Counted from the first letter of the stretch, positions 49,601 through 58,817 are shown. The stretch: 64,000 bases of DNA from Schizochytrium sp. TIO01 (GCA_004764695.1 SMSO01000004.1:1860001-1924000), one strand, 5' to 3'. Program-made: numbers and translations. The notes: generated by a model from the sequence alone, not told the origin.

Positions 49601-49651
49601 CCCCACGCGCCAATCGTGGTGTCGGGCCTCAAGGAGGAAGGCGCCCTCCAT
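43682..49651 (-). CDS. RPTOR: Raptor/KOG1, regulatory-associated protein of TOR (TORC1 scaffold)
   Basis: RNC domain WKLRERMKT, LCLNIGTDPPDVVK, FHFNGHGVP, FDCSSAG and PADIFTSCLTTPI; HEAT region PEQLPIVLQVLLS and LALSVGIFPYV; WD40 end IRYHDGFLRQRIGPVSCLSFHP. The first ATG is at 49651 (the track start at 49699 is a TTG). A probable acceptor CTGCAG lies at 49712-49707. Confidence 0.97.
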   Translation of the reverse strand: MEGAFLLEARHHDWRVGPSGEYALAEDLELQLLECRVHALINQVRINASSTAANQSTTSSSGAGGAGAGAAGSGPNGDHSSQAASGTPRGGSVTSASSASVAQMGSANLAASGQTNSGAVNTVNGVNSSNLMNVNLGVEGGKLRLKAQDKKILAWLEEEVKERLDDEALAVAPSSWKLRERMKTSMVGLALCLNIGTDPPDVVKTDPCARLECWIDPGEYYPTSRALEKVATALQSQFELWHPRARYRYLQDPSGDRMKHLCSTLRKAAKSERVLFHFNGHGVPRPTANGEIWVFSEDFTQYIPLSVYELRSWLGTPVIYTFDCSSAGLLLPHFLRDLSSPQQVNPGDPIVDGQGNRNARNAGIRREPTPNDIIVLLSCGPNEILPSSPDFPADIFTSCLTTPIKIALRWYVMQHRVSMDALGITVDMVDYVPGRLNDRKTPLGELNWIFTAITDTIAWTVIPRSLFRKLFRQDILVASLFRNFLLAERVLKSLNCTPQSYPVLPSTWQHHLWQSWDMAVENCLTQLPYLMPHLFTEGSVSVGDRRAGSPSNSTWNSARPMSMPGPGLQHQHRSSRPAETGMGENRAYTYRQSEFFAHQLTAFEVWLTYGENVERREVPEQLPIVLQVLLSSFHRQRALDLLARFLNLGSWAVSLALSVGIFPYVNKLLLSAQENRPVLIHIWSKILALDSSCQADLVKEISTPHAAAGAAQAGARGGARPPGERGHQYFVNQIQWLQLPKSYEALSSADLTEVAQMIGHSRRAAFVLSVILDGHPVGQQLCLQDPLLEAIRKLLLAPLATDEEVRCALLNLKIWLCFVLSKLCERHAAARRRVIALGLRETLFQMIDQTSDVGLLQAAFLALGGLMGPRYPRGVGPTGTQEPAPVTPVGPNPGTGPQSVGQRRQQPSHVQSAYRGRGRAGHSYVNQQAQMQQGARRGGVQAGQVQHPQHPQQGQQHHSTQYQQQGPTAHQQQQQEQQQQAQQQMLADQRHRFEESEPEAKRQDCVIASHLLNLLPHGSPTVRREIVLSLARFMVDPRHATLIQLTVHELKDLQGRTMQSRSSGNLDEGALENLVESLKQKIGPNTETYLNVWLTIKQLAAHDPFPAVSRVANLLVEFVRIELQKRIEAIRSHAGLQHADGRDPRMREYTSSGGPRGGGTNTMSSTISVGSSHTNASGGMNGHEQNLQMTSDDVTRRHQQAGGMPAPLVGGVGPQQRQNIYILAEDILEALGLVSTLYARRAREFTKPTPSASDDAWIPKEGPHHEVDPLSADGSAIVRWKRRKSEAAQAAIMLMYRGAQWAGIPQADPKILEDVISAVAGPLGGSFSRSTSAQSGISQGVLSSNSGSASPSGGSSSGNGAGSGMMGSTFGYQNNPGNQSYLLASPHSPISSSLNIDYENSAQARVPMPALRIQRRLDKLSHSINKHGAGLLVHRDETWTATQRAWLGDLSKPGKFEEHAIFDHGQARCSQLLFHPFEPVVVVAGQTGDISLWSYPMDGTASAQASSTENRLLNRFDNETCVGVRSETDGFMKPNTMVPGDVNNSMQTPWLNGRDPSAPNGTPGIAAMPNAKRNIQEAAGQRQYSTPPLGPQQQTLQSRLQSQLQIQSQLKPLTLYDSGTPHTPPTRNYSSTNLAARPTKPSRGPVEARITAMTWMNETAEPFLMVGSDDGRVRVWRNVLERCDYGKLNGARLVTAWTALPELRAGASGPGMVLNMQRSGHLLCGGALQTVAIWDLTKECEVGRVDTGIQEGTTSIAAYGPSLGLGGTGVPNEIDMGFHGTQAGGEDGAIFVVGGGDGSLRIFDKRVRAGGRLATTVATCTSHRSWIVSVSVPSSGEGRTIVSGSVSGEVRFWDIRRFVGGSFKYQNQLNMYYAARSKGDEMPRPTPASVLPALSFTAHRTPMTALAHHEFAPIFASGSHHQFIHVANAQGENLSSIRYHDGFLRQRIGPVSCLSFHPYKLLLGAGALDSIVSVYRPATSLNVSTSAEN

Positions 49652-50849
49652 CGCGCGAAGGCCAAGCGCAGTGATCGTGTTCTGCCTGCGAGCGAGCAAA
49701 GCAAATCTGCAGCAATAACAGGAATTTAAGTACTTCTTTACTATAGTCTATTCAAAAACTCACAGTAACAATACCAAAATACCCTATAGTATATATTTAT
49801 ACTTCACTTGCAAGCAGAATTATAGTCGACTTTAGTCCAAGTGCTATCTTCTGGTGTGCCCTAGGAATAGCCTCTAAGTCAGCAATAGAAGGTGGAGCTT
49901 AGAGGTTCGTCAATACCTTTAACAATAGGAGTGGCCTGAATCGTCGCAAAATAATCTCATTGAATGTGGATCTTGGAAAATAAGAAGGTAGGATTATATA
50001 TGGTATGAATAGGAGTGGAATTTGGCTGGGATAACAAGAAAATACGAGAGCGGTCTTGGGAACATGCGAAGGAAGCAATATGGACTATTTTAGACACGAA
50101 GAGCTAGGTCGAAAGAAAGACGGATTGCCAAGTATATTCTACCTCTAGAGATTGAAATTTAGTGATAAAGACGGTTTCAATACGAGGATTTATTTGGAAT
50201 ATTATCATTTTGGTTGTAGAATTCGAACTCACTCACTGGCACTTGGGATATTTGACCATAAGTGTACACTTACTAGATGTTGCCACGAATGTAGCACTAG
50301 TCTAAGCTCAGGAGGGCTGAAAAGAGCAGGAGAGTGTTTGATCAGGTTGTTTCTATAAAGGGACGAACTCAGGTTAGCTTGGTCACCTACATGGGCAGCT
50401 TCTATAAACACAAGTAATCACAAAAGGTGTGATTCTTCTATTGCTATTGCGTCCTGATGTTATACAAAATGACATGAACTTACTTTGTGAAGATAATCAA
50501 AGAGTATGCGATCTTCAATCAACAAACGATGGTTAAACAAGTGCAGCGATGCTCTTTTAAGCTGTGGGGTTGTGCATCTTTGTTTGTTTCCTTTAAAATA
50601 CAAAAGCGAACATTCTGATGTCATCGAGATCCATACACCATGACAGTACCTCCCCTTCTTTTTCTAAATTAACTATAAAATGCACAATTTGATGAAACTG
50701 CTTGTTGATAGTGAGCAAAAAAATTGCAGAAGAGGAAGAACAAAATATTTAGTTAGGTTAGCTTATTCAACCAACGATGGGTACCAAAGACTTATGATAT
50801 GAGATACAAAGTCCAGACATCACGCGAGAAACAAATGACAATGGTTCCT

Positions 50850-52499
50850 TTAAAATGGACATCTGAAACGCGAGCCTGCGTAAAAGGCAGTACCTGAGAG
50901 CTCCTCCTCAATGCGTAATAACTGATTCATGCGACTCACTCCATTAGGACTCTGAAAAGTACCCAACTGAATGAGTCCAACTCCGGCTCCAACACAAAAG
51001 TCTGCAGGGAAAGGGTCGCATGTAGAATGACCTGGCTCCCAGACGATAGTCATAGCTTGCCCAATACTCAAGTTTGTTTCGCAAACTTGCATAAGATCAG
51101 TGACAGTATACACATCACTGAACGGAGTCCCCACAAATATACGATCTCCATTACATGGTGAAAGATCACTGTCACTACTTCCCGACCCGGTTTTCCCCTC
51201 TTCCTCAGCATTCTCTGAAGTTTCCTCCTCATCTTCATCATTGTCTGACTTCTTGCCTTCTGACAGATGTTCACTGTTTTCAATTTCGTCTTCTGCATGG
51301 CCTTCACCGTCTTCATCAGTACCCTCCGGGGGAGGGCCTTCAGAGGTATGGTTGAAGAGTACAACATGATCTCCATGTTCTTCTACAAAATTGGCCATAT
51401 CTGCTTTTCGCCATGGTGCAAACACATTTTCTACTACGGCAATCAAAAGACCGAACTCCTCAGTGTGTAATAGAGACTTCACAGCTTCCAAAACATCCGC
51501 CCGAACAGCTGCAGGTGGGCTGAATGAGGTCGACCCCACATCATCTACGTTTTCTATCTGCTTTTCAGAATCAGCTTCCTTGCCTTCTTCGGTATCTTCT
51601 TTTTCTTCTTTAGACTCTTCTCTTGTATCTTCTGAGTCCTGATCTTCAGATGACGCGTTTGCTACTTGTGGTTGTTCATCTGCAGGAGGGGTGTCCACGA
51701 CCAACTCTTTGACTGAAATAGCAAGCTTAATTTTATCCGACCACGAGTTCTCGATGACACATGCTGCCACTGCATTTAGCAAATCCTGAAAGCTTGCTTC
51801 TGGGTCTTGAATCTCTGATAATTTGTTTAACCTCGTAACCACCTCGCGAGTAAGACGAAGTCCTTCAGCAAAGGTATTGCAGCCAGTAGGTAGAATTCCA
51901 ATGCAAGCATGCTTCCTTTCAATTGCTGTGACCCAAGGTACAGGCATAGCAAATTCCGTTCTCTTCATTTGAGTAGCGATTCGCCTGAATAAAGGCTCCT
52001 CTATTGCACTAGCTTTACACATAGCTACAGAAGCAGCATAAATTGTATTGCAGCCAACCTTACCTTTCGTATCAGTAGGGTCCAATGCCAGAAGAAGCTG
52101 GTCTGCAGCTTCGAGATCCTCAGGGTCAAAGCCGATCAGAGGCTTCGCGACCTGACCTTTAACAGCTTTCACAAAATCAGAACCCCGGAGTCGTACTGCA
52201 GCTGTTGGAATTTGGACATCACTTACTTGAGCTGTATAGCTGCCCGTGTCTGTGATTAGCTCTACTTCGTAAGCCTCGATACCAGCACAGTCATACACCA
52301 ATCGACCACGAACATCAAGAACACCTTGGCCAGCCTTGGATTTTTCTTTAAAAAGCTGCGCAATCTGTGCATATGGGTCTTCTGGTCTTTGTCTTAGACA
52401 TTCGTTAAGGACTTCATTTACTGTACGCTCTAAATCATGATCTACGAGGTAGGTCTCCACAAGTTTTTTCTCTGATTTAATCTTGGCAGCGTTCGCCAT
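50850..52499 (-). CDS. Enolase-4-like protein: N-terminal Dpy-30/RIIa-like docking helix plus degenerate enolase fold
   Basis: N-terminus YLVDHDLERTVNEVLNECLRQRPEDPY. Enolase-like segments ADQLLLALDPTDTKGKVGCNTIYAASVA, MPVP, ADFCVGAG and RMNQLLRIEEEL..YAGSRFR. Canonical DSRGNP and SHRSGET motifs are absent. Two acidic inserts. Confidence 0.85.
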   Translation of the reverse strand: MANAAKIKSEKKLVETYLVDHDLERTVNEVLNECLRQRPEDPYAQIAQLFKEKSKAGQGVLDVRGRLVYDCAGIEAYEVELITDTGSYTAQVSDVQIPTAAVRLRGSDFVKAVKGQVAKPLIGFDPEDLEAADQLLLALDPTDTKGKVGCNTIYAASVAMCKASAIEEPLFRRIATQMKRTEFAMPVPWVTAIERKHACIGILPTGCNTFAEGLRLTREVVTRLNKLSEIQDPEASFQDLLNAVAACVIENSWSDKIKLAISVKELVVDTPPADEQPQVANASSEDQDSEDTREESKEEKEDTEEGKEADSEKQIENVDDVGSTSFSPPAAVRADVLEAVKSLLHTEEFGLLIAVVENVFAPWRKADMANFVEEHGDHVVLFNHTSEGPPPEGTDEDGEGHAEDEIENSEHLSEGKKSDNDEDEEETSENAEEEGKTGSGSSDSDLSPCNGDRIFVGTPFSDVYTVTDLMQVCETNLSIGQAMTIVWEPGHSTCDPFPADFCVGAGVGLIQLGTFQSPNGVSRMNQLLRIEEELSGTAFYAGSRFRCPF

Positions 52500-53246
52500 G
52501 GTCTTTTCGCAAAGTACTTTCCCAACTCCACAAGGTCTTCAAACTAAATTTATTCTCACCAAACGCAGGCTCCAGTGAATGTTAAGATCAGGTCTCCAAG
52601 CAAACCACCTGCAATTCTGCAATTTCTCTGTTTGTTCTACCCTTCTCTCTCAAAGCGAAGAAGCCAGCCTACCCCTCAACTTAGCTTCCGTCGATGCCTC
52701 TTCAACTATGACGAAAACCTCTCTCGGCTAGCCCTGAGATGGTGTTGGAATGGGCTTGGCGATTGCACGTTTTATGATTCTGTTTAGGCTCTCCAAAAAG
52801 CAATACTTTAGTGCTCTCGCCTTGCTTTAAAATGGGCTAGAGAGACGTTGAATGGGACCACGGCCTATTCTGCTTCTATTAGGCCATTTTTAGAGAAGGC
52901 CTTCCTTTCTTCCTTCTCTAGAGTACTAGTAGTATCTTACATATACTGTAGGGACCTCCTTAGTGTTACTTACTTACCCTGAGAGGCACTTTTAACCAAC
53001 TTGAGTTAATAGAAGGATTTTCTTTTTCTTCGAGATAGCCTGAGCAAAAGAACTGTAGGTAGGCAAGAAGATACCTACCTAGCTGTGCACATAGGGTCCA
53101 TAGGCGGAAGTAAAATGAACAGGATCTCGGTGAATAGCAAATCTTGAACTCAATCCCGATCGCGTTTTCATCTGCAATCGAAGAGGTTACTGTGCTGTGC
53201 AAAAGTGCTTTTGGATTTGACGGGACAGCTGTGTATGGGAGGGACG

Positions 53247-53870
53247 ATGTCAAGAGCTGGAGGAGATGCGAGTGTGAAGGCTGCTTTTTATGCCAGCAAG
53301 CAGTTCGCAGTTGTTGGTGCGTCCTCGAACCGGGCCAAGTACGGCAACAAAGTTCTCCGTGCGTACTTAGACCACGGGCTCAAGGCTATCCCTGGTAAGT
53401 TGGTATCAATTTTGTCAAAGTTGTAGACATCACAGGACACCGAAACTGTGAGAACTATGACGTTCTTCAGGACTTCGAGCGAATTGTCTGACCAATTCGA
53501 TCTCGTGTACATGTTCTAACTTTCTTTGTACCGCTGTTTTATATCACATATTTTGCTTGTACCTACATTGTTGAACATTGGTACAGTACACCCGCAGGAA
53601 ACTGAGGTCGAAGGCCTTTCTGTGCAGCAGCTCGAGGATATCGATGATCCGTCTGAAACGAGTGTCTCCATCATTACCCCTCCTCCTGTTACGCTCAATG
53701 TAATTGAAAAGGCTGCAAAACTTGGTTTTAAGAAGCTCTGGCTTCAGCCTGGCGCGGAGTCGCCAGAGGTTATGGCGAAACTTGCATCCTTGGATGTACA
53801 GTACCTTGCAGGTGGCCCATGCGTACTTGTGAGCCTAGACATGGGCGAGCAAAAGAAGGCAAACATGTAA
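53247..53870 (+). CDS. CoA-binding domain protein (YccU-like), two exons 53247-53394 and 53587-53870, 143 aa
   Basis: Exon 1 has AVVGASSNRAKYGNKV. A 192-nt intron GTAAGT(53395)..CAG(53586) has a TTCTAAC branch-like site, and splicing restores IPVHP. Exon 2 has SVSIITPP, LWLQPGAES and GPCVLV. Confidence 0.92.
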
Positions 53871-54079
53871 TGTAAATTGCGTCTTATGAATGAGTTTCCC
53901 AATCTTGACCTATTCCATTGAAGTAATTGTGATTATGTTATGGATCTGAAAGAAGCAAACCACTTTCTCTTTTGGATTCATCGTCTTCCAGAGGTGAAGA
54001 CTTTAAACGCCCCATGAGTCAAGATGCAAAACATAAGATGAAACACGGACTTCATAGATTACATACATTATCTTTAAAA

Positions 54080-57000
54080 TTATAACTCTGGAATTCCCAC
54101 GCGACCTAATCCAAGCGAACGTCTTTTTTCATTGATTGCGGTGCACAATATATCATGCTGAGACGCAACATGTCCGTTCACCTTCAATAGAATTCGATCT
54201 TCTATACTTAGCTCTACACGCTGGCCTTCGTCAGTATTGGTGGGAACCAAAGGAGAGCTTGAATGTCTCACTCGTTCAGTCTCGTCAAACACTGCAGCTT
54301 GTTTCTTAGTGCAGCGTTCGAGTAGCATTTTGCGGCGTGCAGCAGTATTGTCTCCAGAAGGGGTACTCCTATAAAAAGCAGGTTCTGCAGGGCTGAATGG
54401 TGCTGGCAGAGAGCGATTTGCCAAATCTCGCCACGAAAATTGTTCGAAAAAGGGATGCTCCATCGCGCCTCGAGGCCCATTTGGACCCACACCTAATCGA
54501 AGATAGCTTGATGGATGTAAAAGCCTTAGAATTAGGCTTGACGCGTTCACGTAATCTGGACCCAAAGTGCGAAGATGTTGAAATCCTTCAGCGAGAGGCG
54601 CGAGCTCATGGCAGGCGACGCAGCCTGCATCAGCGCATTGGTCCGCAAAGCGGATGATGCGATGCAAGATAAGGTGAAGATCTGGTGCATTAACATGACG
54701 CGACTCTCCTGATTCGTTAGCGAGTGGCGTTACTTTGGAGGGTGGCGAGTTGAATTCAAAAGGATTGAATCCACACGCTAGTTCAAAAAGTGTACAACCT
54801 AAGGCCCACCAGTCCACAGCCAGTCCGTAACTGACGCCACGACCAAGTACGAGTCGTGCAATTTCAGGAGCCATGTACTTGGGTGTGCCGCATAGAGTAC
54901 TTGTGCGTGCTGTTTCGCCGCACATTCTACCCTTTGAAATACCAAAATCGATAAGACGGAGATATCCGCTACTATCAATCACAATGTTTGCAGGTTTGAT
55001 GTCTCGATGAAGGATGTCGTTTTCGAAAAGAATTTTTAGCGCATGAATAAGGTTTGCTGCATAAAATCGAAAACTATCAACTTCTAAAGGTCCCTTACCT
55101 TCAATCTGGCGTTTCTGAATAAATGCCCCTAAATCCCCTCCCGTCATCGGCTCCATACCAATGATCATTAAAGCTCGATCAGGTTCATCCGTCATGGACA
55201 ATACTCGGGGCACAATGTTTGTTGTTGCAAGTTCTAACAGAAGTGCAATTTCGACAAGGGCAGAATGACTCAAATCTGCAGATGCACGCGTAGAAACTCT
55301 GTCAGGAGATGCATTGAGCGAGCTTAAATCTGCAATCTCTTTGATCACAAGAACCTGACCTGTCGGCTGATGTCGTGCGAAGTATAACTTTGAGTAGGGT
55401 GCAGTGTAAATCCTTCGCAGAAGTATCAAGTCCTCTCGATGTAGAGTCGCAAGTCGCGCAGAAATCAAACCTTTATTTTTATTTGGAGCTTCCACAATTT
55501 GAGGTGAATCTTGTTGACTGGATGCACCTGCGGCATTGTGGACGAAAGCGGAATCTTCTGACTGCTCAACTGAAATTATTACATGGGATTCCGTACTGTC
55601 TGCTTCCATGGCCAGAATATGTGTAGATGCAGGGACTGATTCTATTTCTTTTAATTCGCCAGGATTTAAACTAGTTTCCAAATGTATGCCGGTATTCTTA
55701 GGCAACGTGTGTAGTTGGTTTTCTTCTAACAGTTCTGTATCATTAAGACATTTCTGAGAATATGTGATACCGAGTTGCGTCATGACTTTATGAGTCACAA
55801 GTGCACAAATCAACTCTCCGCCTGCCCTTGCAATATATTCAGGTGATGTTGGGAAGAAATGGGATCCAAAACTACGCTGGCCCAAAGTGTTAGGTCCAAC
55901 CAAAAGATTTGCGTCTCCAAAACAATCCCCTGCAGTCAAGCTCACAAAGGGTTCACTCTGACGGAAAAGTGTCATAGCCCCATCTAACACAAGCCACAGA
56001 CCACAATGACCATCAACAAGGTGGTCTGCCTCGATTCTAAAAATAGTTGCAATCTGCGCTATTGCCATAATCTCCATGCGCGTAAGTCCGGAAAATACAG
56101 GGTGGTTTGCGAGGGCATGAGCAATGTGAAGGTTTCGAAGCATCGGCCACATGCATTGCTTAGCAACCCCTGTCAAAAGAGTAGACATTACCTTATTAGA
56201 AATGAGCGCAAGCTTGGCTCCATTTGGACCAGCTACAAGACGGTAGCCAAGATCTTTAGAGCGAAGAGACTCAGAAAGAACCGCAGCCTCGCCAAATAAT
56301 TCACCTTTGCGTAAACAACGGACTTCCTCACGTATTTTCATCATCGCAAGGGTGGCCCGATCTCGCTTGCGATACTCAATTTGAACGATTAACTCACCTT
56401 GTTCCACAATAATAAGTCCAGGTCCAGCTCTTTCTTCGCGAAGAAATAAGTGTGATGGTGTCAGCGAATGCCATTCGATTTGGCGAAATAAACGTGTTCT
56501 CTGTTCACGTGAAAGAGCCTGGAATAGATACAGGTGGTTCAAAAAATCAAATTTGTCGTTTTCTGACGCAGCATGGGTCTCCGCGAATTGCAGTACAGCA
56601 AGTTGGTATTCAACGCGGTGTAAAGCCATCAAGGTAGCTTTCTCAGAAGATATTACAGCAGTATGCTTATGTACAAGGGGTCCAAAAACGGCGCCTTCAC
56701 AAAGAAGGCTACCTGGGCCGCATGTTTCAATGACCCGTTCATATTGTTGTAAGCTTCGGCGAGCTCGTTTTTGGATTTGACCTTCTACTACAACAAACAA
56801 AAGCGATCCACTCTGACCTTGACAATAAACAAGCTCATTTTTGTTTACAGTAATACGAACGGCAGCTTTATGCAACGCTTGCGCCAGTTCTGTTTCGATT
56901 AGCGAGAAAACTTTTGACGTCAAGAGCGCCTCATGAAAAAGTGCAAATGTTTCTTCGTTGCCTTCACTTGATCCACGAAAACTTTGCCCAAAGGAAGAAA

Positions 57001-57421
57001 CTGATCGCGCGCTCCCTCGTGTCGGGGTCGCAAATGCCATGCGTCGCTCGCTTGGACTTGAAACACCAAAACCTTCTTTCGTCTCGTAAAGTTGAAGATG
57101 GAAGTTCTCAAGCTGGAGTCGATGGTTACTGTGCTCCAGAAATGAAGCTAGTATCGCATCATCTTCATACGTGGAATGATATCCAAATGGTTTAAATCGC
57201 GCAACATTTTGCTTGGAGATCGGCACTACATTGTGTGAAAGTAAGTTCCGGTCGCTATTGCTGGTGTTGCTTTCTTTGCTCGTAATTGTACTTTCAGAGC
57301 TTGTCCGGCTCAGACGGCGGGTTGCTTTGTCTGAAATATCTCTCAGAAATTTTCTTCCAGCTTTCCATGCCATGTGTTTGCGAGGCACCTGCGCATTGCT
57401 AGGAGATGGTGAGGTGTTCAT
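54080..57421 (-). CDS. PKG-like AGC kinase with three cyclic-nucleotide-binding-like domains (non-canonical)
   Basis: CNB-like repeats (QGQSGSLLFVVVEG, LRKGELFGEAAVL, LTAGDCFGDANL). Kinase motifs LVIKE, GGDL, HRDIKPAN, LIDFG, TLCGTPKYMAPE and VDWWALG. AGC tail HPFFEQFSW..PAPFSP. Confidence 0.9.
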   Translation of the reverse strand: MNTSPSPSNAQVPRKHMAWKAGRKFLRDISDKATRRLSRTSSESTITSKESNTSNSDRNLLSHNVVPISKQNVARFKPFGYHSTYEDDAILASFLEHSNHRLQLENFHLQLYETKEGFGVSSPSERRMAFATPTRGSARSVSSFGQSFRGSSEGNEETFALFHEALLTSKVFSLIETELAQALHKAAVRITVNKNELVYCQGQSGSLLFVVVEGQIQKRARRSLQQYERVIETCGPGSLLCEGAVFGPLVHKHTAVISSEKATLMALHRVEYQLAVLQFAETHAASENDKFDFLNHLYLFQALSREQRTRLFRQIEWHSLTPSHLFLREERAGPGLIIVEQGELIVQIEYRKRDRATLAMMKIREEVRCLRKGELFGEAAVLSESLRSKDLGYRLVAGPNGAKLALISNKVMSTLLTGVAKQCMWPMLRNLHIAHALANHPVFSGLTRMEIMAIAQIATIFRIEADHLVDGHCGLWLVLDGAMTLFRQSEPFVSLTAGDCFGDANLLVGPNTLGQRSFGSHFFPTSPEYIARAGGELICALVTHKVMTQLGITYSQKCLNDTELLEENQLHTLPKNTGIHLETSLNPGELKEIESVPASTHILAMEADSTESHVIISVEQSEDSAFVHNAAGASSQQDSPQIVEAPNKNKGLISARLATLHREDLILLRRIYTAPYSKLYFARHQPTGQVLVIKEIADLSSLNASPDRVSTRASADLSHSALVEIALLLELATTNIVPRVLSMTDEPDRALMIIGMEPMTGGDLGAFIQKRQIEGKGPLEVDSFRFYAANLIHALKILFENDILHRDIKPANIVIDSSGYLRLIDFGISKGRMCGETARTSTLCGTPKYMAPEIARLVLGRGVSYGLAVDWWALGCTLFELACGFNPFEFNSPPSKVTPLANESGESRHVNAPDLHLILHRIIRFADQCADAGCVACHELAPLAEGFQHLRTLGPDYVNASSLILRLLHPSSYLRLGVGPNGPRGAMEHPFFEQFSWRDLANRSLPAPFSPAEPAFYRSTPSGDNTAARRKMLLERCTKKQAAVFDETERVRHSSSPLVPTNTDEGQRVELSIEDRILLKVNGHVASQHDILCTAINEKRRSLGLGRVGIPEL

Positions 57422-58198
57422 ATCTTCTACAATATATAGTTTGACTCAGCTCTATGTAGTCATCACACGCTCATACAGATTGCCACCTCCCGAGCACAGA
57501 GGTGAACCTGAACGGTAGGTTTAGCAACAGCGCACTTGCACAATATTAAGAATTGCCACGTTCAAGCAAACAGAGTCTGTAGCTAAGGTCTCGCCCACTA
57601 GCCAGCCCCCTTTTGCTTCACAAATTCTAGACTGCGTGGCTTTACGACATCCGTTTCCACTAGGAAAAGCGACAGGCAGCTTGCGCACTGCAGCGCTGAA
57701 GCGCTGCAGAGCACTCGAGAGGGATTTAGAAGCGACGGTAAGCGGCCAACCGATTCGCGTTTGCAACTCAAAGCGGCCGTGGCAGTGAGAAATAAGATGT
57801 ATCAGACGGGGAATTCATTTGTCTCGGACGACGGGTACATCGGAGGTTCCTTATAAATTCCTCGTAGGTTCCTTATTTTGATCCGTTCAGGTTCTAGGTA
57901 GGAGGCGCTTCTGTTCACAACGCGTGCCAAGTAATACCATACGTACCATGCGTAAGCAAGTGTGTAACACAAAGCACGTGCTGACTGTATCTGAAGAGGT
58001 TGTGTTTGATACTAGGAGAACGAAAGGCAAGTGCTTTGATAAGATTTGTAGCGTTTGCAGCAACAAAAGAGCTATAGAGTTGAATTTACATGTTGAGAAG
58101 TGCGGCATTGTTGCACTGGGCGAGAAAGCATTCACGGTGTTTGAGAGGAGCCACAAAGGTTTCCAGGCAAAGTCTGAAACATACACCAGCTAAGCACA

Positions 58199-58768
58199 AT
58201 GTCAAACCAAGGGTATGGTATCTGTGGTCACAAGAACAGCTTCAGCTCGAACGTATTATGTGGAAACTGGGTGGAGGACAAGATAGGTAAGGAAGTGCAG
58301 GCACTGCCCAAGCCAGGACTTGCTGGTGCTCTATCCGAAGCTCAACACCACTTTGCGGACCCTCGTACGCGTGACGTGTTAGAAATTGAGGAGGGTAAAG
58401 CTCAGGAACCGCTCGCGGTTGGGTTGGAATCGACTCTCCTTTTTGGTCACTGTGAGCAGGGCAATGTGCACATTCCTTCTTCAGAAGGGCGCTTTCATAC
58501 AACCCATAAAATGTCTTTTGCATCACGCGTCACCCCCAACATTCGCGACGGTACTCTTGCTCGCCGGCGCCAGATGGAGCTAGAGCGTGACGAACTGCAA
58601 CACTCTTCGTTTACTACGTATACCAAGGCAAGTATGCAACCCTTCCAGCCTCAAGCAACTGCCAAGGGCAAGGCGCTTACTGTTCGCTACAGCTCCGATC
58701 AAGCGTTCACACAGAGTTTTGTTCAGGCGCAGCAGTTTGAGGCTTTGCGTAAGGACTCCATCTATTAG
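58199..58768 (+). CDS. CFAP107/C1orf158-like small axonemal microtubule inner protein
   Basis: 189 aa. The N-terminal FSSNVLCGNWVED matches the VLxGNWxE motif of CFAP107/CFAP68/CFAP95-type proteins; LLFGH and FxTT/TTY-type motifs follow. Confidence 0.65.
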   Translation: MSNQGYGICGHKNSFSSNVLCGNWVEDKIGKEVQALPKPGLAGALSEAQHHFADPRTRDVLEIEEGKAQEPLAVGLESTLLFGHCEQGNVHIPSSEGRFHTTHKMSFASRVTPNIRDGTLARRRQMELERDELQHSSFTTYTKASMQPFQPQATAKGKALTVRYSSDQAFTQSFVQAQQFEALRKDSIY

Positions 58769-58817
58769 ACTTGACATTTTAGAGTTGTTCTCGTGCTCCA
58801 ATATCATGATCTTTCTT

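Noticed and set aside
49652-49699. TTG-initiated N-terminal extension of Raptor
   Set aside because: Eukaryotic gene; the first ATG is at 49651 and a splice acceptor lies at 49707. An upstream coding exon cannot be excluded.
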